From a virus, in the IMG/VR virus record IMGVR_UViG_3300005058_000082, positions 1-46,152 of that record: DNA of 46,152 nt, one strand, 5' to 3'. Made by a program: the position numbers and the translations under genes. Shown in pieces: positions 10,441 to 20,214 of this stretch (positions are counted from its first letter, which is position 1; each line of letters begins with the position of its first letter). The notes under the pieces were generated by a model. The model made no database searches and was not told where the DNA came from. It worked only from the letters and a program-made list of their open reading frames with translations.

Positions 10441-12048
10441 ATGGCACGGGCAAAAGGCTCGTCGGCGAAGCTGCGCATGGCGTTCGAGGCCAGCTATGGC
10501 GTCGCCCCTGGCGGCAACTGGATCGAGGTCCCCTTCGCCGAATACGACCACGGCGAAGAGCAGCAGCTCCTCGACAATGACGTGCTCGGCCTCGGCCGCG
10601 ACACGGTGCGGCCATCGCGGGGCCCGAAAGCCACGTCGGGCGGCACGCGGGTGCCCGTCGATATCCGCAACATTGGCCAGTGGCTGAGGGCCGCGTTCGG
10701 TCCGCCGCTCTCGACCAACAAGCGCGCGACCGGTGCGATCACGTTCTCCGGCAATCCGGCGAACAATGCGACCATCTCGCTCAACGGTGTGACCTGGACG
10801 TTCGTGTCCTCCGGTGCTTCCGGCACCCAGACCAACATCCAGGGCACGCTCGCCGGCACCTTGACCCAGCTCGCGACCGACCTGAATGCCAGCGCCAACG
10901 CCTCGATCGATGATGCGAAGTACGTCGCGACCGCGACCGCGCTCAACATCGAGGCGCGGGAGCCCGGGCCCGCGGCCAACGCCTTCGCGCTCGCGGCCTC
11001 CTCCTCGCCGGCCTCGAATGGCACGCCGTCGGGGGCGACTCTCTCCGGCGGCGGCTGGGAGCACATCTGGAAGTCGGGCGGGCCCCGGTTCCGCGGCAAG
11101 ATCACGTTCTCGAATCAGCCGGCGAACACCGCGACCATCACGCTCGGGGGCGTCACCTGGACGTTCGTCACTGGCACGCCGTCCGGCGCGCAGACCAAGA
11201 TCGGCGCGACCCTGGCCGAGACGCTGGCGCAGCTCGCGATCGATCTCAACGCCAGCGCCAATGCGACCCTGGTGCTCGCGACCTACGCCTCGACGGCCAC
11301 CGAGCTGGTGATCGAGCTCGACGCGGCGGGACCGCTGCAGGCCGCCTTCTCGCTCGCCGCTTCGTCCTCGCCGACCTCGAACGGCACGCCGTCCGGTGCC
11401 GTGCTCGCCATCGCGGCCGAGATCAACTCCTTCGCGGCCGAGTGCGCCTTCGCCGACGCGGACAATCCGTCGTTCTTCGTCACCGCCGGCAACAAGCTCA
11501 ACACCATCGGCTTCTCCTGGTCACGGGATGGGCTCGCCCAGGCCCAGGTACAGCTCATCGGCCAGTCCGAGGCGCGGAACGCCTCGAGCGGCGCCGGCGC
11601 GCCGACGGTCGCCACCTTCGATCGCTTCTCCCAGGCCCAAGGGGCGATCAAGAAGGCCGGCGCCTCGATCGCCAACGTCACCGGCTTCACGCTCGACGTG
11701 TCCAACAACCTCGATCCGGTGCCGACCATTCGGAGCGATGGGCGGATCGATGGTTCGGATGACGGGCTGTGCACGGCGCAGGGTCGCATCGACGCGCGGT
11801 TCGCGGAGACGGCCTCGCTGCTGGCACCGTCCGAGGCCGGCACCACAGTCGACCTCGAGTTCGGCTACACCAAGAGCGTGATCGAGCGGCTGACCTTCTC
11901 CATGTCGCAGGTCGATTTGCCGAAGCCGAAGCAGCGCGTGTCGGGTCCCAACGGGATCCAGGCGAGCTACGATTTCAAGGCGTCGGCGCCGGCCGCCGCT
12001 ACGCCCATGCTGGTCGCGACCCTACGCAACGACGTGGCGGCGTACTAG
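10441..12048 (+). CDS. major tail tube protein with two inserted repeat domains
   Basis: MARAKGS...AFEASYG start and GPNGIQASYDF...LRNDVAAY end; internal ~105-aa duplication. Confidence 0.8.
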   Translation: MARAKGSSAKLRMAFEASYGVAPGGNWIEVPFAEYDHGEEQQLLDNDVLGLGRDTVRPSRGPKATSGGTRVPVDIRNIGQWLRAAFGPPLSTNKRATGAITFSGNPANNATISLNGVTWTFVSSGASGTQTNIQGTLAGTLTQLATDLNASANASIDDAKYVATATALNIEAREPGPAANAFALAASSSPASNGTPSGATLSGGGWEHIWKSGGPRFRGKITFSNQPANTATITLGGVTWTFVTGTPSGAQTKIGATLAETLAQLAIDLNASANATLVLATYASTATELVIELDAAGPLQAAFSLAASSSPTSNGTPSGAVLAIAAEINSFAAECAFADADNPSFFVTAGNKLNTIGFSWSRDGLAQAQVQLIGQSEARNASSGAGAPTVATFDRFSQAQGAIKKAGASIANVTGFTLDVSNNLDPVPTIRSDGRIDGSDDGLCTAQGRIDARFAETASLLAPSEAGTTVDLEFGYTKSVIERLTFSMSQVDLPKPKQRVSGPNGIQASYDFKASAPAAATPMLVATLRNDVAAY

Positions 12049-12186
12049 CCCACCCAAAATCGACGGGCCCCGGCTGGTTTCCCAACCGAGGCCCGCCCGC
12101 TCTTTAGGTTCAAAAATGTTCCTGGTTGCCTGGCTCACTCACCGGGCTTAGCCGCCCGGTCAATTTGCGTTCTGGAGGCTATCACA

Positions 12187-12675
12187 GTGACGTTGAGACT
12201 CAAGTTGCCGGGCACCGAGCCCTCCTGGATCGAGATCCTGATCGGCGATCAGCGCGCGCGCTTCCTCTGCGCACCGTTCACCGCGGAGCTTGAGTACACG
12301 GCGATCTGGGAGGCGCGCGACCGCATGGCGGCGTTGGTGAAGGAGGGCGGCCGCAGCCCCGCCGAGCAGGCGGCGATCGCGCATGTCCACGGCATCAAGG
12401 CCCTTGCGCGCCGGGTCATCACCGATTGGGAGGGCCTCGAGGACGAGGCGACCGGCGAGCCGATCGGCCTGAACCCCGCCACGCTCGACCTGGTGTTCAG
12501 CGTGCGCGAGATCGCCCGTGCCTTCGACCGCGCCTACACGGCCTCGACCGGTATCGGGCTCGCGGAAAAAAACGGCTTCAGGCCCGCTGCCGCTGGCACG
12601 CCGGCGGCGGGCCCGACTACTGCGCCGGCTGCCTCGCCAGCTTCGGCCAATGGTGCGGCAACTGCCTCTACCTGA
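12187..12675 (+). CDS. tail assembly chaperone (gpG-like)
   Basis: GGAGG RBS; ITDWEGLED motif; between tube and tape measure; contains a slippery site. Confidence 0.8.
   Translation: MTLRLKLPGTEPSWIEILIGDQRARFLCAPFTAELEYTAIWEARDRMAALVKEGGRSPAEQAAIAHVHGIKALARRVITDWEGLEDEATGEPIGLNPATLDLVFSVREIARAFDRAYTASTGIGLAEKNGFRPAAAGTPAAGPTTAPAASPASANGAATAST
12565..12573 (+). other. programmed -1 frameshift slippery site (GAA AAA AAC; heptamer A AAA AAC)
   Basis: Run of 7 A; the -1 frame is open to 12911. Confidence 0.8.
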
Positions 12676-12911
12676 CCGAGCGGCCGCAGAGCGAGGCGGG
12701 GTGGGCCGCCTGGCGGGTGATCGAATGCGCGCCGTTCCGCTTTTCGCCGCGCGGCAACTTCATCGGCCTCGACTGGCCCGGCGCGCTCAGCGTGGCCGGC
12801 GCCCTGGGGTTGGACGGGCGTGACGCGGCCGAGCTGCTTGCCGCCGCGGAGACGGGCCTGCGCGAAGGCCAGCGAGATCTGAAGGAGGGGCGCAATGGCG
12901 AAGACGCGTAA
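12570..12911 (+). CDS. gpT-like C-terminal part of frameshifted chaperone (gpGT)
   Basis: -1 frame reads KRLQARCRWHAGGGPDYCAGC...CGNC...GLDWPGAL and ends overlapping the tape measure start. Confidence 0.75.
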   Translation, partial: KRLQARCRWHAGGGPDYCAGCLASFGQWCGNCLYLTERPQSEAGWAAWRVIECAPFRFSPRGNFIGLDWPGALSVAGALGLDGRDAAELLAAAETGLREGQRDLKEGRNGEDA

Positions 12912-15072
12912 TGTCTCCGTCCGCATCACGACCGAAGGCGTCACGCGCTCCGGCCAGGAGATCGAGCAATTCGGCGACCGAAGCGCGGACTCGCTCGGCA
13001 AGATCGAGAGCGCCGTTGGCAAGATCGCGCGCATCGGCGGCGCTCTGATCGGGATCAGCGCCGCGATCGTCGCGGGCCGAAACCTGATCGGCTTCATCGA
13101 CGATGTGATCGAGAGCGCCGGGCGAATTGCCGACGTGTCCGACCAGCTCGGCATCGGCGCTCAGCGCCTGCAGGAGTTCGAGCTGGCGGCGCGCGCCGCC
13201 GGCATCGAGAACGAGAAGTTCGAGGGCGCGCTCTCCAAGCTCAACGTCAAGCTCGGCGATGCGAAGCAGGGCAATGAGAGCGCCCTCAAGTCCTTCGAGG
13301 CGCTCGGCATCAGCTGGCGGGAGCTGCAGACCCTCGATACCGAGGGCGCGTTCCTGGCGCTGGCCGACGCGATCGCGAAGGTGGAGGACCCGGCGAAGCG
13401 CGCGGCGCTGCTAGGCGACCTGCTGGGCGACAAGCTGGGCCCCAGGTTCCAGGCGTTCCTCGCGCAGGGCGGCAAGGCGATCGACGACTATGGCAAGCAG
13501 TGGACGCGGCTCGGCGGCACGCTCGATGACGAGGCGACCAAGAAAGCCGACGAGGTGGGCGATGCCCTCGCCGAGATGGGCAGCGTGCTGGTCACCCAGG
13601 CGCGTAACATTGTCATCGAGCTGCTGCCGGCGGCCGAGACGATCCGCAGTTGGACCGTCGCGATCGCCGGCTTTTTCGAGGAGGCGATCGACGGATTCCG
13701 CCGGTTCTTCGGCCTGGCGCCCGACTTCGACGATACGCTCGACCAGATCAAGGAGCGTGCGCTCGAGCTGGTCGATGCCAAGCAGAAGCTCGCCGAGCTC
13801 CAGGCCGAGCAGGACCGGGTCGCGCGCGAGCAGCCGGGCGCGATGCTCGCGCTCAAAGCCGACACGGCGAAGGCCGAGAGCGTGGTGCGCGGGATCGAGG
13901 CGGAGATCGCCAAGCTCCGCGCGCGCGCCGACGAGCTCACCGCGGAGCAGCGACGCCTCCAGGAGCGGCACGACGATAGCGGCGGCACGACGCTCGCGAC
14001 GCTCCCACCGCCCTCCGACAGCGAGCTGAAGCGGCGGATCGCCGAGCGGGAGCGGGAGGCGGCCTCGCTTCAGGCGTTGCGTCATCAGCTCGATCCGCTC
14101 ACCGCCGCAAACGACAACCTGAACGAGAGCCTCGCCCGGCTTGCGGCTTCCGACCTACCCGACAAGGCGGCCCTGATGGCCGCGGCCTACGTCAAGTGGG
14201 GAGAGGAGACCGATCGCCTCACCGGCAAGACCAAGGAGGCGGCGGAGGCCGAAAAGGCGCGCCAGAAGGTGATGGACGCCGGGCGCCAGGTGTTCGAGGA
14301 GACGCGAACCGCGGCCGAGGCTTATGAGGCGGAGTTCGAGCGGCTGATCGAGCTGTGGCGCCTGGGGGCAATCAGCAATGACACGCTTAGCCGGGGCGTC
14401 GCGAAGGCGGGCAAGGAGCTCGAGGACTCGCTCAAGGACAAGGAGGATCTGGTCGAGCAGCTCACCGAGGCCTTCGAGGGCTTCGGCCGGCGCACCGCAA
14501 AGGCCCTCGCCGATGTCGCGGTCGGGCTCGACGATGCGAACGCCTCGGCCAAGGACTTGCTCCAGACCCTCGCCTCAGAGGTGCTCGAGCAGCTCATCTA
14601 CAAGACGATCACCGGGCCTCTGTCGAGCGGGTTTTCCGACGCGCTCGGCGAGCTGTTCGGCGGCACCAACTGGTTTGGGCTGGCGAAGGGCGGGGTGCTG
14701 TCCCAGGGCCGGCTGCACGCCTTTGCGGAGGGCGGCGTGGTGACGCGGCCCACGCTCTTCCCCATGGCGAACGGCGTGGGCCTGATGGGCGAGGCGGGCG
14801 AGGAAGCGGTGATGCCGCTCTCGCGTGGGCCGGATGGCCGTCTGGGCGTGGACGCGAGGGGCGGCACCGGTGTCGTGATCAACATCTTCGACCAGCGCTC
14901 CGGCAACACGGCTCCGGTGCAGGCGCGCGAGCGCTCCGGGCGCGATGGCAGGCGCGAAATTGACATCTACATTGCCGATTCCATCGAGCGGGCGATGGGG
15001 CAGGGGCGGCTCGACGGCGCGCTCGGCCGAAGCTTTGGCGCGGTGCGCGTGCCCGGCGTGATGAGGGGCTAG
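12895..15072 (+). CDS. tail tape measure protein
   Basis: 725 aa helical/coiled-coil; C-terminal FAEGGVVTRPT...MGEAGEEAVMPL. Confidence 0.92.
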   Translation: MAKTRNVSVRITTEGVTRSGQEIEQFGDRSADSLGKIESAVGKIARIGGALIGISAAIVAGRNLIGFIDDVIESAGRIADVSDQLGIGAQRLQEFELAARAAGIENEKFEGALSKLNVKLGDAKQGNESALKSFEALGISWRELQTLDTEGAFLALADAIAKVEDPAKRAALLGDLLGDKLGPRFQAFLAQGGKAIDDYGKQWTRLGGTLDDEATKKADEVGDALAEMGSVLVTQARNIVIELLPAAETIRSWTVAIAGFFEEAIDGFRRFFGLAPDFDDTLDQIKERALELVDAKQKLAELQAEQDRVAREQPGAMLALKADTAKAESVVRGIEAEIAKLRARADELTAEQRRLQERHDDSGGTTLATLPPPSDSELKRRIAEREREAASLQALRHQLDPLTAANDNLNESLARLAASDLPDKAALMAAAYVKWGEETDRLTGKTKEAAEAEKARQKVMDAGRQVFEETRTAAEAYEAEFERLIELWRLGAISNDTLSRGVAKAGKELEDSLKDKEDLVEQLTEAFEGFGRRTAKALADVAVGLDDANASAKDLLQTLASEVLEQLIYKTITGPLSSGFSDALGELFGGTNWFGLAKGGVLSQGRLHAFAEGGVVTRPTLFPMANGVGLMGEAGEEAVMPLSRGPDGRLGVDARGGTGVVINIFDQRSGNTAPVQARERSGRDGRREIDIYIADSIERAMGQGRLDGALGRSFGAVRVPGVMRG

Positions 15073-15426
15073 ATGCCGGCGGTTTGGCCGGCCTCCCTGC
15101 CGCAGGACATGCTCTATCCGAACTTCCAGGAGGAGATGCCCGCGCGCGTGGTGCGCACCCGCATGGACGCCGGGCCGGCGAAGGCGCGCCCGCGCTTCAC
15201 CGCGGCGCCGACGCCGCTCCACGGCAGCGTGCGGCTCGACATCACCCAGCGCGCGACGTTCCGCACGTTCTACGACAGCACGCTCGCCGGCGGGGCGCTG
15301 TCCTTCGACTGGAAGCACCCGGTGACCGGAGTCGCCTGCACCATGCGCTTCACCGGCGACCCGCGCATCCGCGCGCGCGCGGCGAACATCTTCGAAGCCG
15401 ATCTCGATTTGGAGATCCTTCCATGA
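15073..15426 (+). CDS. distal tail protein (gpM-like)
   Basis: WPASLP...RTRMDAGPAKARPRFT...FDWKHP; follows tape measure. Confidence 0.75.
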   Translation: MPAVWPASLPQDMLYPNFQEEMPARVVRTRMDAGPAKARPRFTAAPTPLHGSVRLDITQRATFRTFYDSTLAGGALSFDWKHPVTGVACTMRFTGDPRIRARAANIFEADLDLEILP

Positions 15427-15518
15427 GGGGCGCGTTCGCACTCAGCCGCCACGCCAACCCTGAGCGCTCGCGCGCGCCGTTGGGGCTGGTGGGGCGGCCA
15501 ACGGCGCGCCGATAAATC

Positions 15519-15983
15519 ATGACCTCCTCCGTCTTCAAGGCCGCGGCCTTCGCCCAGGAGACCGCAGAGGTCCCGCTCGTGCTGTTGACGATCACCCATG
15601 CGGACCTGCCTGCGCCGATCCGCGTGGTGAACAACCACACCGACATCGTCTCGAACGGCAATACCTTCCAGGCCTTCCCGTTCGAGATCGATCTGCCCGA
15701 TGTCGGAGCGGGCGCGCCGCCGCGCGTGACCTTGCGCATCGACAATGTCGATCGGCAGATCGTGGACTCGCTTCGCGCGATCTCCTCGCCGTTCGAGCTG
15801 CAGATCGACGTGGCGGTGGCGTCGCAGCCGAACACGATCGAGGCGAGCTTCTCGGGCCTAAAGGCGATCCGCGCGGTCTATGACGCGCTCACCGTCGAGG
15901 CCGAGCTCGGCTTCGAGGACGTGCTGAACGAGCCCTATCCGGGCGATTCCTTCACGCCCGCCCGAAACCCGGGGCTCTTTTGA
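15519..15983 (+). CDS. minor tail protein (DUF1833/gpL-like)
   Basis: LLTITH...IRVVNN...FPFEIDLP...LRIDNV...FTPARNPGLF. Confidence 0.8.
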   Translation: MTSSVFKAAAFAQETAEVPLVLLTITHADLPAPIRVVNNHTDIVSNGNTFQAFPFEIDLPDVGAGAPPRVTLRIDNVDRQIVDSLRAISSPFELQIDVAVASQPNTIEASFSGLKAIRAVYDALTVEAELGFEDVLNEPYPGDSFTPARNPGLF

Positions 15984-16483
15984 TGGAATCACTCGGGCGT
16001 GGCGAGGGGGTTGGTGGGGCGGCCCGAGCCGCGCCCCAAAGTGGCTGGGCCGCATCCTTCATCGGCACGCCGTGGAAGCCGTTCGGGCGGGACCGCGCTG
16101 GCGTCGATTGCTGGGGCCTGGTGGTGCTGGTCTATCGCGAGGTGTTCGGCATCGAGCTGCCGCTCTATGACGGCCGCTCCTGGACCTGCAAGCGTGACGC
16201 CGCGCGCGAATATGTCGCCTCGCTGCGCGCCGAGATCGGCGCCTTCATGGCGAGCGAATCGCTGGCCTGGCGCCGCGTGCCGAAGGAGGAGGAGCGGGCG
16301 GGCGACGTGCTGCTGCTGCTGATGGCGGGGCAGCCCTGCCATGTCGGCGTCGTGGTCGCGCCCGGCTTCATGCTCCACGCCTTCGATGGGGCGGACGCCG
16401 TGGTCGAGACCTATCGGAGCTTCGCCTGGGAGCGCCGCATCGCCGGCCTCTACCGGCATGAGCGGATCGCCGCTCATGGGTGA
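15983..16483 (+). CDS. NlpC/P60 tail tip protein (gpK-like)
   Basis: GRDRAGVDCWGLV (Cys) and HVGV...LHA (His). Confidence 0.9.
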   Translation: MESLGRGEGVGGAARAAPQSGWAASFIGTPWKPFGRDRAGVDCWGLVVLVYREVFGIELPLYDGRSWTCKRDAAREYVASLRAEIGAFMASESLAWRRVPKEEERAGDVLLLLMAGQPCHVGVVVAPGFMLHAFDGADAVVETYRSFAWERRIAGLYRHERIAAHG

Positions 16484-19400
16484 TCTGATGCTCGCTCCCA
16501 CCACGCACCTTTCGATCTGCCCGAATCCGTTCACCGCCGACCGCATCGACCTCGAGCTGCCGGCCGGCGAGACGCTCGCCGACATGATGCGCGCAGCCGG
16601 CACCGAGCCGGATACGATCAGTCACGCGCTGGTCTTCATCGACGATTGGCTGGTGCCGCGTGCGCACTGGGCGGTGGTGCGGCCAAAGCCCGGCCGCATC
16701 GTCACCGTGCGCGTGGTGCCGATGGGCGGCGGTGGCGGCGGCAAGAGCCCCTTGCGCATCGTGCTGGCGATCGCGGTGATCGCGGCGGCAGCGTGGGCGG
16801 GCGCCGCGCTCGGCCCCATCGTGGGCGCCTCGCTGTTCGGGCCCGGCACCGCGCTCGGCCTGTCGGCCGCGACCGCGGCGGCGCTCGGTCAGGGCCTGGT
16901 CGCCGGCGCGGTCACCCTGCTCGGCAACCTCGCGGTCAACGCGATCGCGCCGCCGCCCAAACCATCTCTCGGCGCACTGTCGGGCCGCTTCGACGGGGAG
17001 CGCACCTCGCCGACGTTGAGCATCACCGGCACGCAGAACCGGGCCAATCCTTATGGCCCGGTGCCGCGCGTGTTCGGCAAGTGCAGGCTGTTCCCGCCCT
17101 ACGCCGCGGTGCCCTATTCAGAGGTGATCGGCAACGACCAGTATCTGCGCCTGCTGTTCGAGTGCGGCTATGGCCCGCTGGTGCTGTCTGACTTCAGGAT
17201 CGGCACCACGCCGCTCTCGCAGTTCGAGGGCGTCGAGACCCAGGTGCGCACCGGCGAGGCCGGCGACCCCGACATCACGCTCTACGCGAACACGGTGCAC
17301 GAGGACGGCTACAGCCTCCAACTGACGGCGGCCGGCGGGCCGCGCACCCTGGAGAGCCGGGGCCTCGCCGACGAGATCACCATCGACCTGGTGTTTCCGA
17401 CCGGGCTGGTCTCGTTCGATGCGAACGCGAACCGCAACCCGCTGACCGTCGAAGTCCTGGTCGAGTATCGCCTCGCGGGCTCGGGCGGCGGCTTCACCTC
17501 GGCAGGCGTGCAGACGATCACGGGCGCGACCGAACAGGTGGTGCGCTTCGGCGTGCGCATCGTGCTGCCCGCGCGCGGGCGCTACGAGGTGCGCTTCACC
17601 CGCCAGACGGCGGACTTCACCGCGGTCAACCAGCGGGGCGATTCCTTCGTCTCGATCCTGCGCTCGATCACCTACACACCGCCGGCGCTGCCGGCTGGGT
17701 CCTCGACCATCGCGATGCGGATCAAGGCGACCAACCAGCTCAACGGCGTGGTCGGCACCTTCAACCTGCAGGCCGAGGCCAAGCTCGCGATCTGGAACGG
17801 CAGCTCGTTCGATGCGCCGGCGCTGACCAGGAGCGTCGCCTGGGCCGCGCTCGATGTGCTGCGCGGCAGCGCCAACAAGAAGCCGGTCGCGGACTCCCGC
17901 ATCGACCTCGCGAGCTTCAAGGCGCTCGCCGACAACGGGGCGCTCGCCACCTTGAACGGCCAGGCCCGCTATCTGTTCGACGCAGCGATCGACTTCCGCT
18001 CGACGGTGGGCCAGCTCGCCCGCGAGATCCTCGCGACCGCGCGCGCCGATCTCACCATGAAGAACGGCAAGTGGGCCGTGGTGATGGACCGGCCGCAGGC
18101 GACCCCGGTGCAGATGCTGACGCCGCGCAACTCCGCCAATTTCCGGGGCACCAAGCTGTTCGTGCAGCGGCCCCATGCGCTGAAGGCGCGCTTCCTCAAC
18201 CCTGACAAGGGGCCGGGGCAGGATGAAGTCGTGGTCTATGACGGCGGCTACAACGCCGGCAACGCCACCCTGTTCGAGACCGTCGAGCTGTTCGGCGTCA
18301 ACCGCGCCGCGCAAGCCTATGCCGATGCGCGGCTGATGATCGCCGAGGCCAAGCTCCGGCCCGAGACCTATGAGCTCGAAACCGACATCGAGAACCTGGT
18401 GTGCGCGCGGGGCGACCTGATCAAGGTCGGCCACGACGTGCCGCGCTGGGGCCTCGGCGCCGGGCGCATCAAGGCGCGCACCGTCGACGGATCGAGCAAT
18501 GTCACCTCGATCATGCTCGACGAGCGCGTGACACTCGAGGCGGGCAAGAGCTATGTCGCGCGGGTGCGGCGGTCGGACGGCTCGCAGGTGCTCGGCACGA
18601 TTGCCTCGGTCGGCGTCACCACGGAGACGCAGACGCTTGCGTTGTCGCCCTCGATCGCCGCTGCGAGCGCGCCTGCGGTCGGCGACCTGGTGCAGGTTGG
18701 CGAGACGGGGCGGGAGACGGTCGACCTTCTGGTCAAGGCGATCCGCTACACCGGGCTCCACGCCGTGCTCGAGCTGGTCGACGCGGCGCCCGCGATCTTT
18801 ACCGCCGACACCCTGCCGATCCCGCCCTTCGACACCGGCTCGACCTTCCCCGGCCAGGGCGTCAACCTCGACCCGCCGCGCCCGAAGATCGAGGACGTGC
18901 GCTCGGACGAGGATGCCATGGTGCTGGCGCCCGGCGGCGGATGGGAGCCCGCGATCCGCATCACGATCGCGCGCCTGTCGGGCATCGCCTTCGACATCGA
19001 GCACCTCGAGGTGCAGCTCCGCCGCACCGGCTCGGGCGATCCGTTCGAGCCGCAGATCTTCAAGGGCCAGCCGCCCGTCGTCTATGTCACCGGCGTCGAC
19101 GAGTTGCAGGCCTACGATCTCAGGCTCCGCCATGTCACCGTTCCGGGCCGCGTCTCAGACTGGACGCCGATCGATGGGCACGTCGTGCAGGGCAAGACGG
19201 CGCCACCCGCGGCGCCGAGCGGCCTCACGGTCGCGGCGGGCCTGCTCACCTGGACCTATGGCCTGGCGCCGCGCGACTTCGCGGGCTTCGAGGTGCTCTG
19301 GAAGTTCGGCGATGATCGCAACCCGGCGGGCGCCACGGCGGCCCATGTCGGACTGGTCGGCGCGCCGCCCTTCGATCTCTCCACCCTGCCGGGCGGCACC

Positions 19401-20213
19401 TTGACCCTATTCGTGTTCGCGGTGGACAGCTCGGGCAACCGCAGCACCGAGCCCGCGATCCTCGTGAAGGACCTGGGCGATCCGGCGCAGGCCAATGTGG
19501 TCGAGACCATCGACCTCGAGGCGCTGGGCTGGCCGGGCACGACTACCGGCGGCTCGATCTCGGGTGATGACATCGTCGCCAGCTCGCTCACGCTCTTCTG
19601 GTCGAATGACGCCGCGTTGTTCTGGTCGGTCGATTCCGCGCCCTTCTGGCCTGCCGGCGTCTACGACACCTTGGTCTACGAGACCAGCTTCGCGATCGAT
19701 GCGCTGTGGGCGCCCGCCGACATCTTCCTCGAACTGGCGACCGCTGGTGGCTCTCCGATGGTGGAGTACCGGCGGAGCGAGGGCCTTTTCTGGTCCAATG
19801 ACGCGAACGTGTTCTGGTCGGGCGACCCGAACCCGTTCTGGCAGGCCTCCGGCGACTGGCGGCCCTGGCCCGGCCGCATCAACGTCGGTCGCGAGCAGAT
19901 CGACCTCCGCGTCACCTTGCCGGGCGGGCCGGTTCAGGGCGTGCTCGATGCGCTCCGCATCGTGGTCGACGTGCCCGACGTGCGCGAGCAGTTCCTCGAC
20001 CTGGCGCTGCCTTCGACCGCGTCGCGCATCACGCCGCTCAAGGCCTATCGCGCCATCAAGACGGTGCGCTTCGACCTGCTGGATGACGGCGGCAGCGCCG
20101 TCAATGTCCGCATCATCGACCGCGACCCGGTTCTCGGCCCCCTGGTGCAGCCGGTGGACGCGGCGCTCGCCGGCGCCACGGCGCACGTCAACGCCACGAT
20201 CGAGGGATATTGA
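16476..20213 (+). CDS. tail tip/host-specificity protein (gpI+gpJ-like fusion)
   Basis: N-terminal ubiquitin-like gpI part ending GGGGGKSPLR, hydrophobic helix, NRANPYGPVPRVFG, FN3-like C-terminus; ATG 16476 overlaps the NlpC stop. Confidence 0.88.
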   Translation: MGDLMLAPTTHLSICPNPFTADRIDLELPAGETLADMMRAAGTEPDTISHALVFIDDWLVPRAHWAVVRPKPGRIVTVRVVPMGGGGGGKSPLRIVLAIAVIAAAAWAGAALGPIVGASLFGPGTALGLSAATAAALGQGLVAGAVTLLGNLAVNAIAPPPKPSLGALSGRFDGERTSPTLSITGTQNRANPYGPVPRVFGKCRLFPPYAAVPYSEVIGNDQYLRLLFECGYGPLVLSDFRIGTTPLSQFEGVETQVRTGEAGDPDITLYANTVHEDGYSLQLTAAGGPRTLESRGLADEITIDLVFPTGLVSFDANANRNPLTVEVLVEYRLAGSGGGFTSAGVQTITGATEQVVRFGVRIVLPARGRYEVRFTRQTADFTAVNQRGDSFVSILRSITYTPPALPAGSSTIAMRIKATNQLNGVVGTFNLQAEAKLAIWNGSSFDAPALTRSVAWAALDVLRGSANKKPVADSRIDLASFKALADNGALATLNGQARYLFDAAIDFRSTVGQLAREILATARADLTMKNGKWAVVMDRPQATPVQMLTPRNSANFRGTKLFVQRPHALKARFLNPDKGPGQDEVVVYDGGYNAGNATLFETVELFGVNRAAQAYADARLMIAEAKLRPETYELETDIENLVCARGDLIKVGHDVPRWGLGAGRIKARTVDGSSNVTSIMLDERVTLEAGKSYVARVRRSDGSQVLGTIASVGVTTETQTLALSPSIAAASAPAVGDLVQVGETGRETVDLLVKAIRYTGLHAVLELVDAAPAIFTADTLPIPPFDTGSTFPGQGVNLDPPRPKIEDVRSDEDAMVLAPGGGWEPAIRITIARLSGIAFDIEHLEVQLRRTGSGDPFEPQIFKGQPPVVYVTGVDELQAYDLRLRHVTVPGRVSDWTPIDGHVVQGKTAPPAAPSGLTVAAGLLTWTYGLAPRDFAGFEVLWKFGDDRNPAGATAAHVGLVGAPPFDLSTLPGGTLTLFVFAVDSSGNRSTEPAILVKDLGDPAQANVVETIDLEALGWPGTTTGGSISGDDIVASSLTLFWSNDAALFWSVDSAPFWPAGVYDTLVYETSFAIDALWAPADIFLELATAGGSPMVEYRRSEGLFWSNDANVFWSGDPNPFWQASGDWRPWPGRINVGREQIDLRVTLPGGPVQGVLDALRIVVDVPDVREQFLDLALPSTASRITPLKAYRAIKTVRFDLLDDGGSAVNVRIIDRDPVLGPLVQPVDAALAGATAHVNATIEGY

Positions 20214-20214
20214 G

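Noticed and set aside
12108..12121. GTTC-aaaaat-GTTC as a LexA box
   Set aside because: Spacer is 6 nt, not 7
17118..19133. 671-aa antisense ORF (and similar ones at 2780-3715, 31013-32107, 33717-35249, 34937-36178, 36549-37751)
   Set aside because: Shadow frames of well-supported genes in high-GC DNA; no motifs or RBS
19495..20214. N-terminal extension of the 670-aa fibre ORF
   Set aside because: Overlaps J out of frame with Arg/Ser-rich junk; the real start is ATG 20215. The same reasoning was used to trim cI, J, GapR, thermonuclease and others
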